From: Sumerlaeia bacterium
GTDB lineage: Bacteria; Sumerlaeota; Sumerlaeia; SLMS01; JAHLLQ01
NCBI GenBank assembly: GCA_040219255.1
Contig: JAVJSW010000049.1
Coordinates: forward strand, 1-64,000
Direction: 5' to 3'
Length of the DNA stretch: 64,000 nt
How positions within the stretch are numbered: the first letter of the stretch is position 1; each line of letters begins with the position of its first letter. Shown in pieces: positions 17,080 to 26,072 of this stretch. The notes beneath the pieces are model-generated. The model was not told where the DNA came from. It worked only from the letters and a program-made list of their open reading frames with translations, and did not search any database. A program made the position numbers and the translations under genes.

Positions 17080-17646
17080 ATGACGGCAAAGGGCTACATC
17101 ACCGACACCACCACGTCGGAAACGCTCTCGTTCCTCTACGCGCCCGACCCGATTGGGGAAAGTCACCAGCCGGTTTATGCCGACGCGACGGTGATCGGCC
17201 GCAGCGATCCCGTTCAACAGTTCACCGCGGGCGGCGCGAACGCCGTGCGCTTTCGGCTGGACTTCCATTGGCGAACCAACGACCTCGCGGAGGTCTTCCG
17301 CAAATGCCGCTGGCTCAAGAGTCTCACCTACCCCGACCACGACTCCCGGGAACTCCGCGGCGCGCCGCCCAAGGTGCTCCTCGGGCTCGGCGAGCTGTAC
17401 CGCAACGCGGTCTGGAACGTCCGCCGCGCCGACGCGGTCTTTCGCGACCGATTCGACCCGGCCACCCACTACCCTTTGATGGCGACCGTCGACATGGAGC
17501 TGGTCCAGGTGACCGCCCGCTCCTTGTCGTTTCGCGACGTGCGCGTGGGCAGCGTCGCCGGTGGGGCATCCGCCGCGCCATCGGACGGAATTCCCACGCT
17601 CGGGAGCTGGGTAGGCGGCGAACGGGTGCGACTCATTCCCGGGTAA
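17080..17646 (+). CDS. Tail tube-initiator / GpU-like baseplate protein
   Basis: Immediately after the tape measure; FLYAPDPI, VIGRSDPVQQF, PPKVLLGLG. Confidence 0.7.
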   Translation: MTAKGYITDTTTSETLSFLYAPDPIGESHQPVYADATVIGRSDPVQQFTAGGANAVRFRLDFHWRTNDLAEVFRKCRWLKSLTYPDHDSRELRGAPPKVLLGLGELYRNAVWNVRRADAVFRDRFDPATHYPLMATVDMELVQVTARSLSFRDVRVGSVAGGASAAPSDGIPTLGSWVGGERVRLIPG

Positions 17647-17667
17647 GGCGACGACAGGAGGCGCGAA

Positions 17668-17997
17668 ATGGGAGAAGAAAAGCTGACGCGAGATGAGCTC
17701 GAGGACGTGCTTTCAGGCCTGGGCGACGAGGGCGTTCCTGCGCTCGTGCTGATGGCGCTGACGGGCGAACCTATCCTCGCCTTTGCCGACGCCACCCTGG
17801 TCGGCGGGCGGGAAGTGGGCAGCGTCTGCTACTTCGGAATGGTCGAGAACGGCCTCGCGACCGAGCAAATGGAGCTCTTCCGCGTCGGGGCCCCGGAAAT
17901 CTACGTCGCCACCTTCCGCCTGACGCCTCGCGGCCGCGAGTTCGCCAAGCGGGCCGCCGACTACATCGACATGCCCCGCTTTGTAGGGGTGCGGTGA
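17668..17997 (+). CDS. Hypothetical protein
   Basis: 109-aa ORF with AGGAGG RBS. Confidence 0.6.
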   Translation: MGEEKLTRDELEDVLSGLGDEGVPALVLMALTGEPILAFADATLVGGREVGSVCYFGMVENGLATEQMELFRVGAPEIYVATFRLTPRGREFAKRAADYIDMPRFVGVR

Positions 17998-18024
17998 AAG
18001 CCTCTCCGCCAATAGGATTCGACG

Positions 18025-18333
18025 ATGCGCCGACTTGCCCTCACCAGCCCACAACGCCGCGCCTTGGCGCACCGCGACGACGCCGGGCGCGTTCGCTTCG
18101 GCACGCGCCCACGCCTTCGCCTCCCGCCCCATGAGACCGATCGGTTTCACGTCGTCGGCGAAACCGACCGCATCGACCTCATCGCCTACGACTACCTCGG
18201 CGACGTCGAACTTTTCTGGGTGATCGCCGAGATCAATCACCTCGCCCTCCCAATGACCCTCACGCCCGGCGTGACGCTGCGCATCCCCACGGCGGACCGG
18301 CTCAACCCGGAGGTGCTCAAGCGTGCCCGATGA
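18025..18333 (+). CDS. LysM-like tail X / baseplate wedge protein
   Basis: DRIDLIAYDYLGDVELFWVIAEIN...LTPGVTLRIP. Confidence 0.85.
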   Translation: MRRLALTSPQRRALAHRDDAGRVRFGTRPRLRLPPHETDRFHVVGETDRIDLIAYDYLGDVELFWVIAEINHLALPMTLTPGVTLRIPTADRLNPEVLKRAR

Positions 18334-19573
18334 CGCCCTGCTGGTTCGCCTCTACTTCGGCGGCGCCCGCACGGCCGCCGCGGACGTCATGGACCTTGTC
18401 ACCTCGTTTGACTACGAGGAGGCCGAGGAGGGGGACGACCAGGCCCAGGTCGTCATCGTTGACCCCACGGGGGCCCTCCTGGACGACCCGAGGCTGACCG
18501 AGGGCACGGCCCTGGAGGTGCAATGGGGGTACGCGGGCAACCTTTCGCCGCCGCGGTCCGTCGTGTTGGAGGAGCCGGAGTTCGAGTTCTCCGGGGGCGT
18601 CGTGACCATCACCCTCGTGGCCCACGGGGGCACGGACGCCACCCACGGCACCGGCTCGCAACGGGTCTGGCAGGGCATGACGCACAGCCAGGTGGCCGAG
18701 GCGATTGCCCGCGGCTACGGCTTCCGGCCCGACGTCGACCCGCTGCCCACGTTGGTGGACTCCGAGCCGCAGGGCGGGCTTTCCGACTACGATTTCCTGG
18801 CGCACCTTGCCGGGCAGAACAACTACGAGCTCTTCGTCGAGGACGGGCGTCTCCGGTTTGGGCGTCGGCGAAACGACGAGGCCCCCGTCCTGGCCATCTC
18901 CTACCTTCATGACCGCGAAAGCAGGCTCCTGACCTTTCGCCCCAAGTCGAACCGCAAGGAAAAGCGCGCGCCTATCGCCCGCGTCGACGCCGTCGGCTTC
19001 GACCCGATGGAGGGCGAGGCGATCCGGGAGACCGCCAGCGACGAGAGCTCGGACGAGCCGCGCCTTTCCCCCTACCGCTACGAACTCAACGCGAATACCG
19101 GCGAGGTGATCCGGGTCGAGGCGGAGGGCGACGCCCCCACCTCGGCCGCCGCGAAGTCCGAAGGCGCGGGTGAGGCCCGGCTGATTCAGTCTTCGCCGCA
19201 CCAAACGACCGCTGAGGTGAAGGCGCTCGCCGAAAACACCCAAAAGGCGGCGCTTGTGTCGAGCGTCGAGGCCGAGCTCGCGATTGTCGGCCTCCCATCG
19301 CTGCGCTCGCGGCGCAATGTCCGGCTCGAAGGCTTCTCGCCGAAGTGGGACGGGGTTTGGCGCGTCGCGGCGGCGCGGCATTCACTTGGCGGGCGCGGTT
19401 ACACCACGAGCTGTCACCTCCGCCGCGACGGTGTGGGAGCGGACCAGCCGGGCGCTGAGGAGAGTTCCCGCCCGGCCAACCACCAGCCCGCCGCGGCGGG
19501 CGATGGTGAGGAGATCGAAGTCGTGGACGCCGAGGGCGTGCGGATCGACGCGAACACCGGGAGGGTGTTGTAA
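18323..19573 (+). CDS. Baseplate hub (late control D / gp27-like)
   Basis: LEVQWGYAG, SDYDFLAHLA...YELFVEDGRLRF, WDGVWRV.AARH.L..GYTT. Confidence 0.88.
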   Translation: MPDDALLVRLYFGGARTAAADVMDLVTSFDYEEAEEGDDQAQVVIVDPTGALLDDPRLTEGTALEVQWGYAGNLSPPRSVVLEEPEFEFSGGVVTITLVAHGGTDATHGTGSQRVWQGMTHSQVAEAIARGYGFRPDVDPLPTLVDSEPQGGLSDYDFLAHLAGQNNYELFVEDGRLRFGRRRNDEAPVLAISYLHDRESRLLTFRPKSNRKEKRAPIARVDAVGFDPMEGEAIRETASDESSDEPRLSPYRYELNANTGEVIRVEAEGDAPTSAAAKSEGAGEARLIQSSPHQTTAEVKALAENTQKAALVSSVEAELAIVGLPSLRSRRNVRLEGFSPKWDGVWRVAAARHSLGGRGYTTSCHLRRDGVGADQPGAEESSRPANHQPAAAGDGEEIEVVDAEGVRIDANTGRVL

Positions 19574-20722
19574 ATGGGAATGACGTTCCTTGGCTTCCTC
19601 AAGCGGCTGCGCGGCGGCGGGCTCGAGTCCTTCGGCCTCTACTACGGCCGCTATCGCGCCATCGTGCACGACAACGCGGATCCCGAGGCTCTCGGCCGCC
19701 TGCGGCTGAAGGTGCCCCAGGTCTACGGTGACGACGTGCCCGATTATTGGGCCTGGCCGGTGGGTCTGGCGGGCGGCGATCAAAAGGGTGTCTTCGACAT
19801 CCCGGAGGTGGGCGCCCACGTCTACGTTAGCTTCGAATTTGGGCGCCCCCGCTACCCCCTGTGGGAGGCGGGATGGTATCCCCGCCCCTCGGGGCTCGCG
19901 GCGGGCAACGGCGCGGCAAGCACCGTGGGCGGGATTTCCTCCTCGCAATCGCGCCTCTTGCCCGACGGAACCGTCTCACCGGTGCGCCCGGCCTCGACCG
20001 CGCCCTTCCCGGCCCGCCGCACGCCGCCGACCAATTCGACTTGGCGCGACGAGAAGGGAAACCGCATCGACGTCGAACGCCTCCGCGGGCACGAGGCGAT
20101 CACCCTGGTGGACCAGGCCGGTAACTACGAGCGATGGGACCTAGCCCAAGGCGAAAAGATGGTGCGCTGGGTGGGGGATGAAACGCGGGAAACCACGGGC
20201 GACCGATCGGTCTCGGTCGGCGGGGACTCGAAGGCGCTGATCGGCGGCGACGGCAACCGCACGACCCTGGGGAACGAGGCGGCTTGGCTGGGCGGGTCGC
20301 GCACCGACACCGTGGAGGGCGGGGTCACGTCGACGGTCGGCGGGTCGGTGGTCGAGAGTGTCGGCGGTTCGCAACGCACGATGGTCGGGGGCTCGCGCCA
20401 GCGCGCCGTCGGCGGGAGCTGGACCGAGCAGATCGTGGGAGCGATTTCGATCCTCACCTCGGCCGGCCTTCGCCTCATGAGCACCGGCGCGACTATCATC
20501 CACGGCATCCTGCGCGTCTCGATCACCTCGCAGGGCGACATTCTCATCAACAGCACAGCGGGCCCGATCACGATCAAGGCCGACACCGGCGCCGTCATCA
20601 TTTCAGGCGGAGCGGCGGGCGTTCAGATCGTCACCGCCGGGCCCGTCACCTACACCGCTGCGAGCCACACCTTCAACGGCCACGTCACCTTCAACGACGG
20701 CACGAGCGGAGACCAGACCTGA
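19574..20722 (+). CDS. Baseplate spike (gpV/gp5/VgrG C-terminal-like)
   Basis: OB-fold YRAIV.DN.DPEALGRLRLKVP and PEVG..V.V.FE.G.P.YP; 8-residue VGG beta-helix repeats. Confidence 0.9.
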   Translation: MGMTFLGFLKRLRGGGLESFGLYYGRYRAIVHDNADPEALGRLRLKVPQVYGDDVPDYWAWPVGLAGGDQKGVFDIPEVGAHVYVSFEFGRPRYPLWEAGWYPRPSGLAAGNGAASTVGGISSSQSRLLPDGTVSPVRPASTAPFPARRTPPTNSTWRDEKGNRIDVERLRGHEAITLVDQAGNYERWDLAQGEKMVRWVGDETRETTGDRSVSVGGDSKALIGGDGNRTTLGNEAAWLGGSRTDTVEGGVTSTVGGSVVESVGGSQRTMVGGSRQRAVGGSWTEQIVGAISILTSAGLRLMSTGATIIHGILRVSITSQGDILINSTAGPITIKADTGAVIISGGAAGVQIVTAGPVTYTAASHTFNGHVTFNDGTSGDQT

Positions 20723-21729
20723 TGAGCCTTCCGGCCCCCTTTGCCCTGCCCCAATTCGCCGAACTCCCGGTGGACGCCCTCGGTGATGAGGAACTCGGCG
20801 CCCTGCCCACCGCCGCGAGCCTCAACTTCGCTCTCCCGCCAGAGGTGCCTGCGGAGGTGCTCGAAAGCCTTGGCGTGAAAGCCCCGCCGTCCCTCCTCGC
20901 CGCGCAGGCCGCGGCCCGCGTCGCGGCGGAAGCCGCCCTGTCTGCCCTCGCGGCGGGCAATCCCGCGGCGGTCCTGCCAACCGCGGGCCAGGAGAGCGCC
21001 GATGCCTACCCCGAGCTTGCGGACTTGACCGGCCTGTCCGCGACCGGGCCGAAGGCGGCGGGCTCCGCCTTGCCCCTGGTCCTGGTGCGCGGCGCGGTGG
21101 CGAACGTGCTGCCGGACATGGGCCTGTTGGCGAAGAGCGGCGGCGGCGGGGTGCTGGCCCTGCTGAAGGCCCTGGGCGCGGACCTGCCCGCTTTGCCGCT
21201 GGGAGACCCGGAGGCCTGGGGGCTGCCGAGGGGGGCGGGCAGCCTCATCGCCCTGGCCATTCCCGGAGCGAGCCTTGTCTTGCCCGGGGGGCTCGCGGAA
21301 TTCGGTCTCGCCCCATCGGTGATTTCCGGGGCGGCGGACGCTTTCGGCCACGTGCCCCTCGACCTTGAGGGCGCGGCCCTGGTTGACCGCTTGCCCGACG
21401 CCTTCACCGAAGCGCTGGACCTTCCCTCCCTGCCCCCCGGGGCGATTTCCCTGGTATCGGTGGACGGGACGGACCGGCTCGCGGTCGCGGCGCAATACCT
21501 GGCGGGGCCCGACACTCTGGCCGGAGCGGGCCTGCTGCGGGTTCGGCGCCCTGGTGAGCCGACGTCCCACCTGATTCGCCACGGCGGGGACCTTATGGCG
21601 GCGGCGGAGGGGTTCGTCTCACGCCTGCCGGACGAGAGCGCGGCGGGGCTTTACACGGCGGCGCAAGAGCGGGCCTGGCAGGCGGCCCAAGCGGCGCGGG
21701 AGGCAGCCGCCAATCCACCCGCCGAGTAG
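20722..21729 (+). CDS. Hypothetical Ala/Leu/Pro-rich protein translationally coupled to the spike
   Basis: TGATG overlap; 335 aa from MSLPAPF. Confidence 0.7.
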   Translation: MSLPAPFALPQFAELPVDALGDEELGALPTAASLNFALPPEVPAEVLESLGVKAPPSLLAAQAAARVAAEAALSALAAGNPAAVLPTAGQESADAYPELADLTGLSATGPKAAGSALPLVLVRGAVANVLPDMGLLAKSGGGGVLALLKALGADLPALPLGDPEAWGLPRGAGSLIALAIPGASLVLPGGLAEFGLAPSVISGAADAFGHVPLDLEGAALVDRLPDAFTEALDLPSLPPGAISLVSVDGTDRLAVAAQYLAGPDTLAGAGLLRVRRPGEPTSHLIRHGGDLMAAAEGFVSRLPDESAAGLYTAAQERAWQAAQAAREAAANPPAE

Positions 21730-21861
21730 CCGCTTTTCGAGCCAGATTATTTTCTACAAAAATCAGCTTCTCTTGCTTGCTTCGCTGGGACGAATGAGCG
21801 AGGGTTTCATCACCGGGGCGGGAAACGCCCCCGGGACACCACGCAACATAGACCCCCGATC

Positions 21862-22149
21862 ATGACCACTCAAGAAGTTCTCGACTACAACGCGGAAGCC
21901 TCCATCGAGATGGCCGGCCATATCGAAGAGGGCAAAGGCGGCCAGTACGGCGCCCATGTGTTCACCGCCATCGCTGACGCCCGCGCCAAGCGCGACGCCA
22001 TGAACCGCAAGGCGCACAAGTACGGGCGCAATTGGGCCGGCCGCGTTGGCCGCGTTACCTTTGGTCCCCTGCGCGGGCGCTACGTCGTTTCCTACCAGAG
22101 CGTGATCGAAGACCTCGAAGCCGTCGAGTTTGTGACGATCACCCGCTAA
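21862..22149 (+). CDS. Small hypothetical phage protein (moron-like)
   Basis: 95 aa, downstream of an AT-rich promoter-like stretch and a hairpin. Confidence 0.7.
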   Translation: MTTQEVLDYNAEASIEMAGHIEEGKGGQYGAHVFTAIADARAKRDAMNRKAHKYGRNWAGRVGRVTFGPLRGRYVVSYQSVIEDLEAVEFVTITR

Positions 22150-22202
22150 CCGCCGCCCACCACCCGAAACACCACGCTACACCACGAAAAGGACCCGCCC
22201 CC

Positions 22203-22460
22203 ATGGCCCTCCCTTACCGCACCCTTCGCGACCGCAACCTCCGCAGCGGAAAGCGCCTCCGCGTTGCCACCTGCGAGACCCTGCGCTGGACGCGCGACGC
22301 CGCCGCCCGCAACCTTGCCCGCCTCGCCCCCCTCCAACTCGAGGCGAACCGCCGCGGCCACACGCGCGCCGCCGCCTGGCTTGGCGAGCGCATGAGCGTC
22401 TGGTGCGACCGCCTCGGCGGTGCCGCCGCCGCGGCCGTCATCGCCAAAGCCCTCGCCTGA
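22203..22460 (+). CDS. Small basic hypothetical protein
   Basis: 85 aa from MALPYR, preceded by CACCCGAAACACCAC and AAGGA. Confidence 0.6.
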   Translation: MALPYRTLRDRNLRSGKRLRVATCETLRWTRDAAARNLARLAPLQLEANRRGHTRAAAWLGERMSVWCDRLGGAAAAAVIAKALA

Positions 22461-22506
22461 GCCCCCCCACCCGAAACACCACACCACCACGCGAAAGGAG
22501 GGAGCC

Positions 22507-22716
22507 ATGCCTCCCCGGACCCTACTCATCGCCGCCCTCATGAACCTCCTGGCCATCACGGTTGGAGTTCTCCTGATGCTCCTCGCCGAGCGCCGCGGCG
22601 GTCCGCGGCTGCCCGCGCGACTCACCGCCTTCGCCTTCATCGGCGTTGGCCTCCTGGGCGTCATCGCGGGGGTGTTGCTCACTTTCGCGGGGACGCCCCT
22701 ATCAGCCCACGAATGA
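22507..22716 (+). CDS. Small two-TM membrane protein
   Basis: 69 aa with two hydrophobic helices; AAGGAGG RBS and CACCCGAAACACCAC motif upstream. Confidence 0.7.
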   Translation: MPPRTLLIAALMNLLAITVGVLLMLLAERRGGPRLPARLTAFAFIGVGLLGVIAGVLLTFAGTPLSAHE

Positions 22717-22809
22717 CCCCGGGACGCATCGAGCGCGTCTTCCTCCCCACGGCCTAGGGCGCCGTTTCCCCAGCCCCTCCGGTACATCCCGCGACGGAGG
22801 GCCCCGACC

Positions 22810-23205
22810 TTGGCGCTGCATCGCGGCTTCGGCTTCCCATTCAACCTCAACGGCTCCCTCGTCCAAACGGACGAGGCGCTGATCGACTCCTCCGTCTTGC
22901 AGATCATCGGGACGGCCCCGCGCGAGCGCGTGCGGCGCCCCGAATTCGGCGCCGACCTCCCCGGAGTGGTGTTTCGGCTCAACGACTCGGCGGACGCGGC
23001 CAAGCACCTCCTTGCCTATCGCATCACCGAGGCAATCGAGCGCTGGGACACGCGCCTGCGCGTCACCTCGGTCTCTTTCCACGAGTCCCCTCAGTCCATC
23101 GACGAGGGGGAAATCGCTTCGGAAGTCAGGATGGTGATCGTCGCCACCGGCGAGGAAAAGACCGCGCGCTTCGCCCTGCGCAAGGGCGTCAACCCCACGC
23201 AATGA
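22810..23205 (+). CDS. Baseplate wedge gpW/gp25 family
   Basis: GFGFPF, QIIGTAPRERVRRPEFG, EAIERWDTRL. Confidence 0.92.
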   Translation: MALHRGFGFPFNLNGSLVQTDEALIDSSVLQIIGTAPRERVRRPEFGADLPGVVFRLNDSADAAKHLLAYRITEAIERWDTRLRVTSVSFHESPQSIDEGEIASEVRMVIVATGEEKTARFALRKGVNPTQ

Positions 23206-23221
23206 CAGGAGCCCGCCCGAC

Positions 23222-24799
23222 GTGGCCGCTACCCCCGACGCCGAACGGCTGACAAAGACCTTTGCCGACTTGGTCGCGGGCTACGAGGCCCGCATCGCCA
23301 ACGCCACCCTCGACACCGAGGAGGGCGTCACCGCGTTTGCGGAGGCCCTCGCGGGCGACGTCCTCGGGCTTTCCGCCGCGCTCGCCAACCTGCCCCCGCT
23401 CGATCCCACCGCCCGCGACTTCGCCGCCATTCGCGAGAGCCAATTGGCCTACCTGCGGGCCCGCTTCCCCGAACTCAACGACGAGCTGGCGAGCAACCAC
23501 GCCGTCGCCTTGCTCGAAGCGTTCGCCCACACCCAATCCTTGCTGCACTACTACCTCGACAACCGCATCGAAGAGGCCTTCGCCGACCGCGCGCAGGAGC
23601 GGCGCTCCGCCCTGTCCCACGCCAAGCTCCGCGGCTATCGGCCAAGCGGCGCCATCCCCGCCCAAGTCACGCTGACCCTTACTCACGACGGGTCGAACCC
23701 CGCGGCGACCGTCTCCGTCGCGGCTGGAAGAAAAGCGCAAACCTCGGGCGGGGTGGTGTTCGAGACGACCGAGGCGGCCTTCTTTCCCGCCGGTGTGACC
23801 TCGGTCTCGGTCCTCGCCAAGCAGCAGGAAACCAGGACGGCCACCGCAAGCGGCACAGGGGCTCCCGGCCAGCGCGTGACGATCCCCGGCCTGTACCTGG
23901 CAGGGACCGCCGCGGTGACGTCGGGCGCGGTTTCCTACGCCGAGGTCGAAGACTTCGACGAGGCCGCCGCGGGCGACGCGGTTTTCCGGGTCGACTTCGA
24001 TCCCCTTGGTAACGCCGAGATCGTCTTCGGCGACGGCGGGGCGGGACGCTCCCCGGCCAGCGGCGAAACCATCACCGCCTCGTTCAAGGTCGGCGGCGGC
24101 GCCCAAGGCAACGTCGCCGCGGGCGCCATCGCCACCCTGCCCAACAGTGCGGCCACCGACTCCAACGGCGACCCGGTCAAGCTCTACGTTTCCAACGCGC
24201 GGCGGTCCTACGGCGGCCGTGACCGGGAAAGCGTCGCGGAAATCCTTCGCCGCTCGCGAACGGCCGCGCGCACGCAGAAGTCGTCCGTCGCCCGCGAGGA
24301 CTTCATCCACTTCGCCGAGCAGGTCGTAGGCGTGCGCCGGGCCGGCCTCCTCACCGTCAATGAGCTGGAGAATATGGCGGAGGCGACGGCGGCGGTCGTT
24401 GTGCTGGCCGGCGAGGGCGTCTCCTTCGACAGCGCGCTCGCCCGGGAGGTCGCCCGCCGATTCACGATCGGCAACCCCCGGACGGTCGGGGTGGACGTCC
24501 AGGTCCACGAGGCCGAGCGCCTCGACGTCCCCATCGCCTTCGAGCTGTGGGTCACGGACGGCGCGGACCGCGGCGCGGTCGAGGCGGCCATTCGCAGCAA
24601 GCTGGCCGCCTTCTTTGATCCCGACGGCCGCAAGACCGACTTTGGCCGCCCGGTCTACCGGTCGGTCCTGACTTGCGCCCTTCAAAGCGTGCCAGGCGTG
24701 CGAAACGTGAACCTCACCGCCCCGGCGGCGGACGTGACGCCTAGTCTGCGGCAATTGCCGCGGCTCGGCACGGTGACGATCACCGAAGGAGGCGCGTGA
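23222..24799 (+). CDS. Baseplate J / gp6-like wedge protein
   Basis: RDFAAIR, AKLRGYRP, IVFGDG..GR.P, GGGAQGNV, GGRDRES, VPGVRNV. Confidence 0.92.
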   Translation: MAATPDAERLTKTFADLVAGYEARIANATLDTEEGVTAFAEALAGDVLGLSAALANLPPLDPTARDFAAIRESQLAYLRARFPELNDELASNHAVALLEAFAHTQSLLHYYLDNRIEEAFADRAQERRSALSHAKLRGYRPSGAIPAQVTLTLTHDGSNPAATVSVAAGRKAQTSGGVVFETTEAAFFPAGVTSVSVLAKQQETRTATASGTGAPGQRVTIPGLYLAGTAAVTSGAVSYAEVEDFDEAAAGDAVFRVDFDPLGNAEIVFGDGGAGRSPASGETITASFKVGGGAQGNVAAGAIATLPNSAATDSNGDPVKLYVSNARRSYGGRDRESVAEILRRSRTAARTQKSSVAREDFIHFAEQVVGVRRAGLLTVNELENMAEATAAVVVLAGEGVSFDSALAREVARRFTIGNPRTVGVDVQVHEAERLDVPIAFELWVTDGADRGAVEAAIRSKLAAFFDPDGRKTDFGRPVYRSVLTCALQSVPGVRNVNLTAPAADVTPSLRQLPRLGTVTITEGGA

Positions 24800-26058
24800 T
24801 GGCTGCCAAAGCCCCGGCCTACTCCTCCCTGACGCCCCTGATGGACCTCCTGCCCCCGCTCTATCACGCGGAGGATACGCGCAACGGCGGGGCGCTGCGG
24901 GGATTTCTTGAGGCCGCCGACGAGCGCCTCGCCGATCTCGCGGCGGCCATTGAGGCGCTCCCCGACCAGATCGACCTCGACCGCGCGTGGGAGGAATTCC
25001 TGCCCTCGCTTCTCGGAAACGCGGCGAACCCTTTCGAGCTTCGGTTCCTGACCGCCGCAGAGAAGCGGCGGCTGGGGCGGAGCCTCTTCGAGCTCTACCG
25101 GCTCAAGGGCACCGCCGCCGGCATCGTGAAGGGCGCCCGGCTCGTGCTCGGCCTCGACGTCGTGGTGATCGACTGGTGGAACGACACCGCCGCCCAGATG
25201 ACGTTCAACGAGGCGGAGGATCTTCTCACCTTGGGGGGCGGCGGCGCCGATGGCTCCTGGGGCGCGCTCGCCGCGAGCCCGGAGACGCTGGCGGAACGCG
25301 AGGCGCGCAAGGGCGCCGAATACCACACCGCCGCCTGCCGCTTCGACGAGACCGACCTCGCCGTTTTTCGCGGGGCGATCTTGGGCGAAGGCTCCCGGGC
25401 GGTCTTCCTGGCCGACCCGGAGAGCATCGTCACCGGATCCCTTGGCCTGCCCGTCGACGACGACCTCGACTTTGGCGGCGGCGACGAACTCGCGATTCAG
25501 TACTCGCTGAACGGCGGCTATTCGTGGCGCACGGCCGAGCACGCCACGCTGGAAAGCGGCACCCTCGATTGGGATACGGCCGCCGAAGGACTCGGCCTGG
25601 AGGAGCCCCGCCGCGCCGTCATCCTGCGCCTCACGCCCCGCCGCGGCGGGGTTCTTGGCCTGGGGGACGTGACGACCTTTTTCACCGTGAACAACACGGG
25701 CGACCCCGACGCCATCGCGCCCGACATCTTCGACTTCGAGGACATCCCCCCGCTCTTCGCGGTGACGCCCAACCTCGACCCGCCGATGGACCTGGGCGTG
25801 ACAGGCCTTGGGGCTCGCCTCGCCGGGCCGCCCGGCTGGCGCCGCTCTCCCGAGCGCTACGCCGCCTACCACTTCGAGGTGCTCGTGACCTCGCCCACTC
25901 CCCCGGCGGACCGGGTGGCCGCCCTTGGCGCGGTGATCGACTTTTTCAAGCCGGCGCACACCCACTACGACATCGTCGTCGGGGCGCCGCGGGAAACGTA
26001 CATCAACCACTGGGTTCTCGGCCTCTCCACGCTTGGGGCCGACAACCGCCTGCACTAA
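24796..26058 (+). CDS. Phage tail protein I-like baseplate protein
   Basis: LLPPLY, EFLPSL, LYRLKGTAAGI and C-terminal FKPAHTHY; follows J. Confidence 0.85.
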   Translation: MMAAKAPAYSSLTPLMDLLPPLYHAEDTRNGGALRGFLEAADERLADLAAAIEALPDQIDLDRAWEEFLPSLLGNAANPFELRFLTAAEKRRLGRSLFELYRLKGTAAGIVKGARLVLGLDVVVIDWWNDTAAQMTFNEAEDLLTLGGGGADGSWGALAASPETLAEREARKGAEYHTAACRFDETDLAVFRGAILGEGSRAVFLADPESIVTGSLGLPVDDDLDFGGGDELAIQYSLNGGYSWRTAEHATLESGTLDWDTAAEGLGLEEPRRAVILRLTPRRGGVLGLGDVTTFFTVNNTGDPDAIAPDIFDFEDIPPLFAVTPNLDPPMDLGVTGLGARLAGPPGWRRSPERYAAYHFEVLVTSPTPPADRVAALGAVIDFFKPAHTHYDIVVGAPRETYINHWVLGLSTLGADNRLH

Positions 26059-26072
26059 AGGACCCGCCAACC

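Noticed and set aside
15094-17469. Long antisense ORFs (this 791-aa one and many similar across the window)
   Set aside because: Shadow frames of high-GC genes, Arg/Gly/Pro-rich with no motifs.
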